A stretch of DNA of 64,000 nt. It comes from Lama glama (lineage: Eukaryota). Positions 50,488-62,180 of this stretch are shown in pieces (the first letter of the stretch is position 1; each line of letters starts with the position of its first letter). A program made the position numbers and the translations under genes. The notes below the pieces were generated by a model. It ran no database searches. It saw only the letters and a program-made list of their open reading frames with translations, and was not told the DNA's origin. Location: contig CM052816.1 in assembly GCA_028534125.1 (NCBI GenBank), forward strand, positions 73,348,001 through 73,412,000. Reading direction: 5' to 3'.

Positions 50488-50562
50488 ATTCCCAGTGCCT
50501 GTCTGATATGCCTGTGTTACTCTTTCCTCGGTTGCCAATTAATCTAGTTTAATATCTTGAAC

Positions 50563-50700
50563 AGTCACTGGGCTATGAATTGAGAAGTTGAATTCTAATC
50601 CTGTTCACTAAGTGTGTGTTCTCTCTGAGACTTAGTTCTGTTCATTTGAAAAGGGAGAGAATTGGATTATATGTGCTGTAAAGTGCCATTGAGCTTTTAC
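50563..50700 (+). mobile_element. MIR/MIR3 fragment
   Basis: CACTGGGCTATGAATTGAGAAG...CTCTCTGAGACTTAGTTCTGTTCATTTGAAAA. Confidence 0.55.
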
Positions 50701-50849
50701 TCTTAATCTTTTGTTTTATTTTAGATCAGAAGGAAAAATATCACCAGCAAACAATAATGGCTGGAGGCATAATCTGTCATAAACTTGTCTGATCACCAGA
50801 ATGCACTTGTGCGTCTCACGTAGTGTTAAATTATTGTTTGTTACCTGGC

Positions 50850-50975
50850 AACCTCACTATGATGTGAGCTCCCTGAGGCTAAGAAAGATGTCTTATTCAT
50901 CTGTGTATTCCCAGATTTTAGCAGAGTGCCTAATGGATAAGAGGCATTTAATAAATGTATAATGAATGAATGAAT
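50850..50975 (+). mobile_element. L2 3' terminus with (TGAA)n tail
   Basis: GTGAGCTCCCTGAGG...GTCTTATTCATCTGTGTATTCCCAG...AATAAATGTATAATGAATGAATGAAT. Confidence 0.85.
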
Positions 50976-51657
50976 AACTACTACATGCAGAATGGAAAAG
51001 TGAGGGCACATTGGCTAGACTGGTGGAAGAGAGAATACAGGAAATATGTTAAATTGGTGGAACTTATCATCAGCATATGATATTCATAAATAGGTATGAA
51101 CTATGGCACAATAATTGGCTCCTTATCCATTCTAATATTTTGTGTACTTTCAGTGAAAATATTTTTGATGTTACCAAATTGGTATTACTTTGTTTATTTC
51201 ACAGTTCTTAGTCACAAGGCTTAGTTCAAAAATTCCAACTGTTTTCAAGACTGAAGTTCTTCAGAAAACGAAAATCTTTCTGAATTGAAGAGATTCAAAC
51301 CAGTAGAGAAATCAAAACTCATTTATATAAATCATTTCTATTGACCTTATTAAAATAAATCTCATTCTTAATAGTCATGATTTTCATTAAAAGAACTAAT
51401 CATTTCAATGTGTGTTAGCTCCAGTTTATACAGGCAGAAGTCTGAAAGTCACTCTCAAACTCTCCTTTCTACTAATCCTCCTCCTCCAGCCAGCTGCTAT
51501 CGACAAAAGTAGAGCATGTCTGTTCTTGCTGCACCTAGAAACTGAACTGGCCAGTGGAGAGGGTCCCTGTTAAGGCCAAAAGCAACAGAAGGTACACAAA
51601 TACTGCAAAGAATAAGCTGCTGTTGTCCAAGAAACCTTTCCAATAGGCTATTGACTG

Positions 51658-51835
51658 GTTTCTTTTTCCTTCCTCTGCTCTGCCTCCTTTTCTTCCCCTT
51701 CCCCCTCCTCCTCCTCCCCACCCTCTGCCCTTTCCCCTCCCTCTTCTCTTCCTTCTCCTCCTCCACCTCTTCCTCTCCTTCTTCTTTTCCTTCTCCTCAC
51801 CTCCCCCTGCCCCTTCTTCTCCTTTTTCTTCTCCG
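51658..51835. repeat. Polypyrimidine (CT-rich) low-complexity tract
   Basis: About 180 bp of almost pure C/T (CCT/CTT units). Confidence 0.9.
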
Positions 51836-51926
51836 TCTATTTGTCTCCTAAACTCATATACCTGCTGGAACAATCTTGGGACCAAAATAAACTTAAGCAG
51901 ACCTCCTCACATCAAAACACATAGAA

Positions 51927-52049
51927 GGGGTGAGGGCATAGCTCAGTGGTAGAGTGCTTGCCTAGCATGCATGAGGTCCTGGGTTCAATTCCCAGTTCCT
52001 CCATCAAAAAATAAATAGATAGATAAACCTAATTACCTACCCCCCCAAA
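51927..52049 (+). mobile_element. Full-length tRNA-derived SINE (camelid Vic-1-like)
   Basis: A box TAGCTCAGTGG, B box GGTTCAATTCC, tail ACCTAATTACCTACCCCCCCAAAA; 13-bp TSD AAAACACATAGAA (51914-51926) / AAAACACACAGAA (52050-52062). Confidence 0.9.
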
Positions 52050-52068
52050 AAAACACACAGAAATACTG

Positions 52069-52128
52069 TATAGATATAGATATAGATATAGATATAGATA
52101 TAGATATAGATATAGATATAGATATAGA
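52069..52128. repeat. (TATAGA)10 hexanucleotide microsatellite
   Basis: Direct reading, perfect repeat. Confidence 0.95.
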
Positions 52129-52399
52129 AAACTAAGCTCCAAAGACAAAAAGATAAATTAAGGAAAGTGAGAAGTATACATAAAGCAGGAGTTTTAAGTG
52201 TACAAGATACTCCAAGGTCTCCTAAGTGTAGAAGACAAAAGGCTGAGAGGAGAGGTGGGATCAGGCATATACGTTCTAATGACCAAAAGCTGAGATTTTT
52301 TTTCAGCCAGAAGAGGACAAAAGCTTTGACTTTGGTCCTATGCAAAATGAGGAGTTGGTTCATGACTTAGGCAAAAATAATGAATTTAGATTATAACCA

Positions 52400-53195
52400 T
52401 TAGAGGAAAGTTGTCTGGGGAACAGTGTACATGGTGCCAAAGTATAGCCACCCAAACACTCACCAATTGTAAGAAAAGAAAATGTACTTTTAGAAGGGAG
52501 ATATCTGGAAATCATCACCCAAACTAAGTGATCACACTTAGCATTGTTAATGCGGGTCTACCTAGTAGCACATCACAGGACGCTGCACAGCAAGAGGTAG
52601 ACAGCACTGTCTATGACGCATTACTGCCAAAAACATTTACCCTGAGTTTAACCAAGTCTCTGGACCTCCAGTTTACAGGAAATAAAGTAAGGGACCAAAT
52701 TAAACCATAACATAAGAACACAATTCAGCAGATCAAAGAGATTGATTAGCTACAAGAAAATTGCCCTGGGCTTTTCAAAAAGTCAGTGTAACAGGAAAAA
52801 GTGGAAGGATTGTTCTAGATCTAAAATGACTAAGGAGACAGAACTGTCAAATGCAATGCATGATCTTTGACTGGATCCTAGGTAGAAAATAAAAATCAAT
52901 AAAAAGACAAATGGGGAAATTTGAGTGTGAAATGGATATTTTATTTTATTAAGGAATTATTTCTTTTCTTAGGAGATTGTCCTTATTTTTAGGAGATGCA
53001 TATTAAACTGTTTAGAAGTGAAATGTCATGAGCTCTGCTAATTCTTTCAAATGATTCCACACTAATAAATGTGTGTGGGCGGGGAAACAAATGTGACAGA
53101 ATGTTAATAATTTTTTAATTTAGGCAAAAATGTATACTGGTGTTTCTTGTATTACTCTTTTAATTCTTATTGTATTTTCAAATTTTTTTCAGAAT
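52400..53195 (+). mobile_element. Old L1 3' UTR (L1MC/L1ME-type)
   Basis: AAGTGATCACACTTAGCAT, CTGCCAAAAACATTTACCCTGA, AAATGCAATGCATGATCTTTGACTGGATCCT, TTAGGAGATGCATATTAAA. Confidence 0.75.
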
Positions 53196-54308
53196 AGTGC
53201 ATTGCTTAAAATTAAATTAAAAATGTACTAGAATGGTATATGGTTTTACAATTTTATATTCCTTTTTATTCAATTACTATTATGCCATAGGTATTTTACT
53301 TCTGTTTTTTAAACCCTGTTATAAGCATAAAAAATGTACAGGTAAAACAATCAACATCTATATAAGTAAATAAAATGATACAGAAACACCAAAAGTTCCT
53401 GTTGAATTTCAGGTCATTAAAGAGAAAAAGTGCTGAAAGTAAGCTGTAAATTAACCATTGTACCATGTCTGTACTTCCTATGTAACTTTGGATTCTTTCC
53501 CTTTAGCCATGTGTGCCAAATCATGAACAAATTTCTAAGCTCGCTTCAGACTAAACATGATATGCTTCTATTTCAGAGAGGGAAAATGTTGTTCAGCTAA
53601 AAAAAAAATGTCAAAGCCATGTAATTCCCTGGCTGCATCGTAGTTCTGAAAGGCAGTGTAAAACTACCTTTTCTACTGCAACCTAATTTCCTCTATTATA
53701 TGATCAGAATTTCCTGATAGTTTATTTATTGCATCCTCCAACAGCAGCTTTGTAAAATAAAGATTCTAAAAGAACAATTTACTATTTTGAATTCTCCTCT
53801 TTCAAATTACCATTATATAAGAAATTAAGGACCTAGAAATTGACGTAATGATCCAGAGTCTAGATTATCCAGATTACTTTTATAAATATAACATGCAGAC
53901 AAGTGATAATTTAACATATATGTGTTAAGTAACTCTACATTTTTTAAAAATGAAAACACTGCCAAAATGGGCTGGAGGTGCTCAGTCCTCCAGAGCGCTT
54001 CAGAGGCTGGCAGCCTGCACCTGAGCAATGGGTTGGAGTACAAGGAATCAGAGCAGCAGGTAGCCTACTTGGACCACTGGGCAGCCAGGAATTAGAGGTG
54101 CCCTAGGGCCAGATTCTCCCCTGTGGTAGGGGAAGTGAAATTAAGAAGGACAGGAAGGCAGGAAAACTTGATCTTGTCTTGAGGAGGGTTGAAGTGTTTC
54201 AGGGTAAGTAGTGTTTCTAAATTCCAGCACACTTCTCTGGAGCTAAATTTCCTCATAGCAGCTACTGTGAGTAAGAAAGGACAGAAATAAATGTACTTAT
54301 TTAGATGC

Positions 54309-54692
54309 CTGCTGTGAATTGAATTGTGTCCTCTCAAAACTCATCTGTTGAAGCCCTAACTGACCCCCACCCATGTGATGGTATCCGAAGATGACATCTT
54401 TGGAAAGTAATTAGATTCAGAAATGGTCATGAGGGTGGGGCCCTCATGATGGAATTACTGTCCTCAAAAGAAGAGGAAGAGAAATCAGAGCTCTCTTTCT
54501 GCCAAGCAAAGACACAGTGAGAAAGTGGCCTTCTGCAAGCCAGGAAGAGAATTCTCACCAGAATTCAGTTGTGCTGGCATTCTGATCTCGGACTTCCCAA
54601 CTCTAGAATTGTAAAAAAGAAAGAATTTTTGTTGTTTAAGCTATGCTGTCAATTGTATTTTGTAATGGCAGCCCCAAAAGACTAATATGACA
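54309..54692 (+). mobile_element. MLT1A/B-like MaLR solo LTR
   Basis: GAATTGTGTCCTCTCAAAACTCATCTGTTGAAGCCCTAAC...GTCATGAGGGTGGGGCCCTCATGATGG...TTTTGTAATGGCAGCCC. Confidence 0.9.
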
Positions 54693-54892
54693 TCCAAGTT
54701 ATACAGATGTTAAAAGTGAGAGCTACAGAATATAGATATAATATGTACTACATATTTTAGAAAATAAAGAATGCATTGAAAATTAACATACAAAACACAG
54801 GAATTAAAAATTGTATTCAAAAATTAATAGAGCCAAAGAAAGAATCAGTAAGCTTGGAAATAGGTCAATAGAAACCTCCCAAACTGAAAGGC

Positions 54893-55338
54893 AGTAGTGG
54901 GTTGAATGCCACAGCCCTGAAAGAGAGGCCTGAGTCCTAACTCCTGGAGCTTGTGAATATGACTTTATGTGGTAAAAAGGTCTTTGGAGATGTAATTAAA
55001 TTGAGGATCATAAGATGATATCATCCTTGATTTAGAGTAAGCCCTGAATTTTTTCCCTGTAAGAAAAAGGCAAGAGGTTTAAGACACAGAGAAGGGGGTG
55101 AAAGGGATGTGAGGGTGGGGGCAGAGAATAGAATAATGTCTCTGTAAGCTAAAGTACAGCAAGAATTGAAAGTGACCCCCAGAAGCTGAAAGAGAAGAGG
55201 AAAGTTTCTTCCCTAAGACTCCAGAAAGAATGCAGCCTTGCTGACACCTTAGTTTTAGACCCCAGAACTGTGAGCAAATAAAGTTCTGTGGTTTTAACTC
55301 ACCAAGTTTGTGACAATAAGCCCTATGAAACTAACACA
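54893..55338 (+). mobile_element. MLT1C-like MaLR LTR inserted in L1 ORF1
   Basis: GTAGTGGGTTGAATG...TGTGAATATGACTTTATGTGGTAAAAAGGTCTTTG...CCTTGCTGACACCTTAG...AAACTAACACA; L1 sequence resumes at GCAAAGAGAAA. Confidence 0.85.
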
Positions 55339-57092
55339 GATGCAAAGAGAAATAAACAGGGGAAAAACCCACAACAACAAAACATCTAATAGTGGGATTA
55401 TTTTAAAAGGTATATCATATACACAATTGGAATGCTAGAAACAGAAGAAAGAGAAAATGTAGAATTTTTTAAAATAACAGCAGCTTAGAAATTTCAAAAT
55501 TTATGACAAACACCAAATCACAGACTTGGGATGCTCAAAAATTACTAAGCAGGATAAATACCAAAAATCTACACCTAGACATGTCATACTCAAACTGCAG
55601 AAAAGCTAAGACAAAGTGAAAATCTTGAAAGAAGCCAGGGTGAGGGACATTCTTTTCTATAGAGGAATAAGGTTCAGATTTATAGCAGACTTCTGATCAG
55701 AAACCCTAGAAGCAAGCAAGAATAGAATGGAGTAAAATAATTAAACTTTAGGGGAAAAAAGTTAGAACTCTACATCCAGTAGCCTGGATTACCCTTTGAA
55801 AGTGTGGGAGTGTCCTAGTTAATGCAATCATACAAGGAAAGGATATAAAGTGCATGCAGATTAGGAAGAAAGACATAAGAATGTCTTTCTTGATAGATGA
55901 CATGATCATCTGTGTAAAAAATCTGAAAGAATCAACAAAAGCCTGCTGGGAATAATAAGCAATTACAGTAGGCTTGCAGGACACAAGGTTAATATACAAA
56001 AGTCAGTTGCTTTTCTATATATACCAGCAATGAGCAAGTGGAATTTAAAACTAAAAACACAGTATCTTTTGTATTAGCACCCCCAGAATAAAATACTTAG
56101 CTATAAATCTAGCAAAATATATAATAGGTATGTCTGAGGAAAACTATAAAATTCTCATGAACAAAATCAAAGAACTGCATAAATGAAGTGATATTCCATG
56201 TTCATAGGTAGGAAGACCCAATATTGTTAAGATGTCAGTTCTTCCCAACCTGATTATGGATTCAGTGCAATCCCAGTCAAAACCCCAGCAAGGTATTTTA
56301 TGGATATCAACAAACAGAGTCTAGTGTCTATACTGAGAGGCAAAAGACCCAGAAGAGACAACACAATTTCGAATGAGAAAAACAAAGTTGGAGGATGACA
56401 CTACTCAACTAAAAAAACTAATATAAAGCTATGATAATCAAGACAGTGTGGTATTGGTGAAGAATAAACAAATACAGGTAAATGGAACAAAAGAGATCCC
56501 AGTAATAAACCCCCATACAATGACTGATCATTGGTAAAGGCAATAACAATGGGCCAAAGACAGTCTTTTCAACAAATGGTGCTGGAACAACTGGACAATC
56601 ACATGCAAAAAAAAATGAATCTAGACAGAACTTACTTCATTAAAATTAAATCAAAATAAATCATAGACCTACATGGGAAACACAAAACTATCAAGCTCCT
56701 AGAAAATAACATAGGAGAAAACCTACATGACCATGAGCATGATGGTGACTTTTTAGATACAAGACCAAGGAACAATCCATACAAGAATTAATTGAAGGCT
56801 AGTTCGTTAAGATTAAAAACTTGCTTTGTGGAAAAAAATCAAGAGAATCAGAAGGCAAGTACAGACTTTGAGAAAATATTTGCAAAAGACACGTCTGATA
56901 AAGGACTAGTATCCAAAATGTGCAAAGAGCTCTGAAAATGCAACAATAAAAAAGTCGAATAACCTGATTTTAAAATGGACCAAAAACCTTAACAGATACC
57001 TCACCAAAGGAGATATACAGATGGCAAGTAAGCATATGAAAAAATGTTCCATATTATATGTCATCAGGGAAATGCAAATTAAAACAACATGA

Positions 57093-57150
57093 CGGGAGAG
57101 GGTATAGCTCAGTGGTAGGGCACATGCTTAGCATGCACACGGTCCTGGGT
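57093..57150 (+). mobile_element. 3'-truncated (tailless) Vic-1-like SINE with TSD
   Basis: GGGAGAGGGTATAGCTCAGTGGTAGGGCACATGCTTAGCATGCACACGGTCCTGGGT ends at the B box; TSD AAACAACATGA (57082-57092) / AAACAACAAGA (57151-57161). Confidence 0.85.
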
Positions 57151-57764
57151 AAACAACAAGAGATACAACTATACACCTATTCAAATGGTCAAAATCCAGG
57201 ATACTGACAACACCAAATGCTGGCTAGGATGTGGAGGACAGAACTCTCATTCATTGTTGGTGGAAATGCAAAATAGTACAGCCACTTTGGAAGAGAGTTC
57301 GGTGATTTCTTACAAAACTAAACATACTCTTATATGATCCTGCAGTCACATTCCTTGGTATTTTCCCAAAAAAGATGAAAATTTATGTCCACAAAAAAAC
57401 TTGCACTCAGATGGTTTTAGCAGCTTTATTTATAATTGCCAAAACTTGGGAGCAACCTAGATGTCCCTCTGAGGTGAATGGATAAATAAACTGTGGTACC
57501 TCCAGACAACAGAATATTACTCAGCCCTAAAAGGAAATGAGCTATCAAGCTATGAAAAGACATGGAGGAAACTTAAATGCATATTACGAAGAAAAAAAGA
57601 AATTAATCTGAAAAGGCTACAAATTATGTGATTTTGAGTATATGATATTCTGTAAAAGGCAAAACTATAGAGACAATAAAAATACTAGTGGTTGTCAAGG
57701 GATTGTAGGGGCAAGGTATGAATAGGCAAAGCACAGAATATTTTTAAGGCGGTGAAAATAAATG

Positions 57765-58433
57765 GAATTGGTATCCCTACTTACCCAGAGTTCACGAAAC
57801 AACAAGATTTGAGGGTGCAGTTCTCCAGACTGCCAATTATGCCCAGACTTCTGGAAACTTCAAATTTGGGGGTTCCCAAAACCACAGTTAGTTTACATAA
57901 TTTGCTAGAAGAACTCACAGAAATCACCAAGAGCTATTATACTCACATCTATGGTTTACTACAGGGAAAGAATATACTAAAATCAGCCAAGGGAAGAGAT
58001 GCACAGGACAGAATCTGGACAAGTTCCAAATGTAAAGCTTTCATTGTCATCAGGACATGTTATACTGCAGCATTAATGTGTGACAATATACAGGGAATAT
58101 GGCCAAACCAAGAAGTTCACCCCATCTTCAATGTCCAGAGATTTTACTGGGACTTCATAAACTAGGCATAATTAATTGATTTCACAAGTGCTTAAGCTAA
58201 ATTTCATAACCCCTGCCCTCCTCAGATTCAGCTGATACTACATGGTCCAAGGGACCCACCATCCCTCACTTTATAAGTGTAAACTAGGCAGTGTTTCTCA
58301 AGGGGCCCTCATTAATAACAAAGACATTCCTATTATTAGGGAAATTCCAAGATTTTAGAGGTTACCTTATAGGAGCTGGTAACAAAGGCCAGAATTTTTT
58401 TTCTTTGAGCAGGGCCAAATTCTTCACTATGCA
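57765..58433 (-). mobile_element. MER21-family LTR
   Basis: GGGGTTCCCAAAACCAC...ATAATTTGCTAGAAGAACTCACAGAA...AAAATCAGCCAAGGGAAGAGATGCACAGG...GGAAATTCCAAGATTTTAGAG. Confidence 0.8.
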
Positions 58434-58434
58434 C

Positions 58435-58994
58435 TATTATCAGGTAAAGTATTTAAAAGTATAACTTGGAGTAGAGAGGAGGATCTTTCCATATAATTAA
58501 AGAACCAATCACCAGGAAGGTAAAATAATTTTAAATATGCAACCACATAGTATGATATCTTCCAAATATGAAAAGATTGAATTATAACAAGAAACAGACA
58601 TTCGTCTTAATAGTGGTGGATTTAAAAAAAATTCTTAATTATTGATATGTTTAACAGATAAAGTCAACAGAAATATAGATATTTGAATAATAAATTTTTA
58701 AATGTTGATCTGTTGGTCATATAGAGAATTCTACACATACAATTATAAAATACACATTATTCTCAAGCATACATAGAATAGTTATAAAAATGTATTACAT
58801 AATGGACATTAAAGGAAGTTTCAAGAAATTTAAATTAAGAGATAGCTTACAGATATTCTTTCTAGCTACAATTCAGTGAGGTTGATAAACAATCTCCTAT
58901 ATAGTTATGGTTCAAAGAAGACATTAGATAGAAATTTCAAAATATTAAAAATAAATAGTAATGAAAACTTGCATATAAAAATTATGAGATGTCC
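58435..58994 (+). mobile_element. Old L1 ORF2 endonuclease-region fragment
   Basis: CAATCACCAGGAAG, CATATAGAGAATTCTACAC, AATACACATTATTCTCAAGCATACATAGAA. Confidence 0.65.
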
Positions 58995-59004
58995 TAAAAT
59001 CACA

Positions 59005-61334
59005 TGATCATCTCAACGGATGCAGAAAAATCATCTGATAAAATTTAACACCTATTTATGTTAAAAAACTCTTACCAAAGTGGGTATAGACAGAAAATAT
59101 CTCAACATAATAAAAAACTATTTATGGCAAACCCACAGCCAGCATAATACTCAGCAATGAAAAGCTAAAAGCCTTCCCACTAAAATCTGGAAAAAGACAA
59201 GGATCCCCACTCTCACCACTTCTATTCAACATAGTTTTGGAAGTCCTAGCCATAGCAATCAGACAGAAAAAGAAATAAAAGGGATCCAAATTGCAATAGA
59301 AGAGGTAAAATTATCACTACATGCAGATGACATGATACTACACATTGAAAACCCTAAAGGCTCCACACAAAAACTAGTAGAGCTAATAAAAGAATTCGGC
59401 AAGGTAGTAGGATACAAGATAAACATACAGAAATCAGTAGCATTTCTTTACACTAACAATGAAATATCAGAAAACAAAAGTAAAGGAAAAAATCCCTTTT
59501 ACAAACTCATTCAAAAAAACAAAATACTTAGAAATAAATCTGACCAAGGAGGTGAAAGACTTATACACAGAGAACTATAAAACATTGATTAAGGAAATTA
59601 AAGATGACTTAAAGAAATGGAAAGCTATCCCATGCTCTTAAATTGGAAGAATTAATATTGTTAAAACAGCTATATTACCCAAAGCAATCTGCAGATTTAG
59701 TGCAATCCCTATCAAATTACCCAGGACATTTTTCACAGAACTAGAACAAATAATCCTAAAATTTATATGGAATCACAAAAGACCTAGAATTGCCAAAGCA
59801 ATACTGAAGAAAAAGAATGAAGCTGGAGGAATAACCCTCTCAGACTTCAGACAATACTACAGAGCTACAGTAATCAAAACAACATGGTAATGCTACAACA
59901 GACTTAGTGGTCAATTAATCTTTGACAAAGGAGGCAAGAATATACAAAGGAAAAAAGACAGTCTCTTCAAGCAAGTGGTGTTGGGAAAACTGGACAGCCG
60001 CATGTAAATCAGTAAAGTTAGAACACTTCTTCACACCATACACAAAATAAATTCAAAATGGATTAAAGACTTAAACATAAGACAGGACACTCATAAACCT
60101 CCTGGAGGAAAATATAGGCAAAAAAATTTTTCTGACATAAATCTTAGCAATGTTCTCTTAGGGTAGTCTACCCAGGCAATAGAAGTAAAAGCAAAAATAA
60201 ACAAATGGAGCCTAATTAAACTTATAAGCTTTTGCACAGCAAAGGAAACCATAAGTAAAACAAAATGACAACCTATGGAATGGAAAAAATACTTGCAAAT
60301 GATGTGATATATAAGGGCTTAATTTCCAGAATATATAAACAGCTCATACAACTTAATAACAGAAAAAAAGAAACAAATCCAAAAAACAGGCAGAAGACTT
60401 AAACAAGAAATTCTCCAATGAAGACATACAAATGGCTACAAATGAAAAAATGCTCAATATCACTAATTATCAGAGAAATGCAAATCAAAAATACAATGAG
60501 GTATCACCTCACATCAATCAAATGACATCATTAAAAAGTCCACACATGATAACTGCTGGAGGGGGTGTGGAGAAAAGGGAACCCTCCTGCACCCTTGGTG
60601 AGAATGTAGTTTGGTGCAGCCATTATGGAAAACAGTACAGAGATTCAAAAAAAAAAAAAACAAAAAAACTAAAAATAGACTGACCATATGGATCCAGTAA
60701 TCCCTGGGCATATATCCAGAGGGAATTCTAATTTGAAAAGATACATGCACCTCAATGTTCATAGCAGCACTATATACAATAGCCAAGACATGGAAACAAC
60801 CAAAATGCTCATTGATAGATGACTGGATAAAGAAGTTGTGTTATATTTATACAATGGAATACTACTCAGTCATAAAAAAGAATAAAATAATGCCCTTTGC
60901 AGCAACCTGGATGGATATGGAGAGTGTCATTCTAGGCGAAGTAAGCCAGAGAGAGAAAGAAAAATACCATATGATATCACTCATAATGTGGAATCTTAAA
61001 AAAAGACAAATGAACTTATTTACAAAACAGAAACAGACTCATAGACATAGAAAACAAACTTATGGTTATCAGGGGGAGCAAGAGTGGGAAGGAGTAATTT
61101 GGAAGCTTGAGATTTGCAGATACTAACTAATATATATAAAACAGATAAACAATAAGTTTCTTCTGTTTAGCACAGGGAACTATATTCAATATCTTGTAGT
61201 AGCATATAATGAAAAAGAACATGAAAAGGAATATATGTATGTATATGTATGACTGAAACATTATGCTGTGCACCAGAAATTGACACAACATTGTAAACTG
61301 ATCATACTTCAATTAATAAAAAAAGGAAAAAAAT
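59005..61334 (+). mobile_element. Younger 5'-truncated L1 (ORF2 RT to C-terminus + 3' UTR + A tail), inactive
   Basis: Encodes [16 protein letters not shown] (RT motif), [22 protein letters not shown] and [31 protein letters not shown] (58995-59004) / TAAAATCATA (61335-61344); stops and frameshifts. Confidence 0.95.
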
Positions 61335-61344
61335 TAAAATCATA

Positions 61345-61960
61345 AAACTTGGAAGGAAGGAAATAAAAGCTCTTTTGATTTCCAGATTATATATTCCTTC
61401 ATATATAAAATTCATAAAATATATGGATTAATCTAAAATTAGTATTTAAAAACCAGTACATAGATATTAAAACAAATGTGAGATGAATTAGAGTTAAATG
61501 TGAAAAATGAAAACAAAATAGAAATAAAACTTTATGTGCATATGAAAAGGGGATTGTTTGCTAAACACAACATCCATCAGTAACATAGAGGAAATTAATA
61601 TTCCTTTGTTTCATAAAAATGCAATTCTTCTGTAAATCAAAAGTACCATATAAAAAAGGAAAGACAAGTGCCAAAACGGGAAAAATAATTTAAGTGATTT
61701 TTTCACAAATCTATTAGAAAAGGACTGTGACTAAGAAAATGAGCAAAGAACAAAACAGACTTTTCACAGAAATGGAAATGAAAATAAACATATGAAAAAG
61801 ATTGTTCTATTAATGAGAAAAAACAGAAGTTAAGCAAATATCTATGTTTCTATTTTTTTGTCAAATTATCACTGTTGATTCATGTAAAATATACAAATTG
61901 GTTCCACCTTCCTGCAGATCAATTTGGTATTGGCCTAAATTTTTTTGGAGCATTTTAATA
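61345..61960 (+). mobile_element. Old diverged L1 ORF2 fragments
   Basis: GGAAGGAAATAAAAGCTC...CAGATTATAT; AATGAGCAAAGAACAAAACAGACTTTTCACAGAAA. Confidence 0.5.
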
Positions 61961-61989
61961 CATTAATTTTATCTAGATGAACAGCACAA

Positions 61990-62180
61990 GCCTTAGAAAA
62001 CAAAATAGTTCTGGATTCAAATTCTGACTTTAACTCTTACTAGCTTTTTTGACCTTGAGAATGTAAAATTGGAAATTAATACCTACCTCAAGCTATTTTG
62101 TGAGAGATTAATAAGCCATTGTTTACAAGCTCAGAGTCAGACCTATAGAAAGTACTAAATAAATAGTCACTATCATTATC
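61990..62180 (+). mobile_element. MIR SINE
   Basis: CTGGATTCAAATTCTGACT...CTTACTAGCT..TGACCTTG...GTAAAATTGGAAATTAATACCTACCTCA...CTAAATAAATAGTCACTATCATTATC. Confidence 0.75.

Larger units (their letters stand above)
54770..57760 (+). mobile_element. L1MC1/2-like LINE (ORF1 remnant, internally deleted ORF2, 3' UTR), carrying nested MLT1C and SINE insertions
   Basis: ORF1 motifs (AATCTACACCTAGACATGTCATACTCAAACTGCAG); RT motif GATGACATGATCATCTGTG; 3' UTR GAGCTATCAAGCTATGAAAAGACATGGAGGAAACTTAAATGCATATTAC. Confidence 0.85.

Noticed and set aside
51497..51885. Charged or Pro/Ser-rich ORFs
   Set aside because: Translation artefacts of the CT-rich tract
51927..52000. tRNA-Ala-like gene
   Set aside because: Has a SINE tail and TSDs and an imperfect acceptor stem, so it is a SINE rather than a tRNA gene
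59005..61334. Active L1 or intact reverse transcriptase gene
   Set aside because: 5'-truncated, with multiple stops and frameshifts and a small internal deletion near 59900
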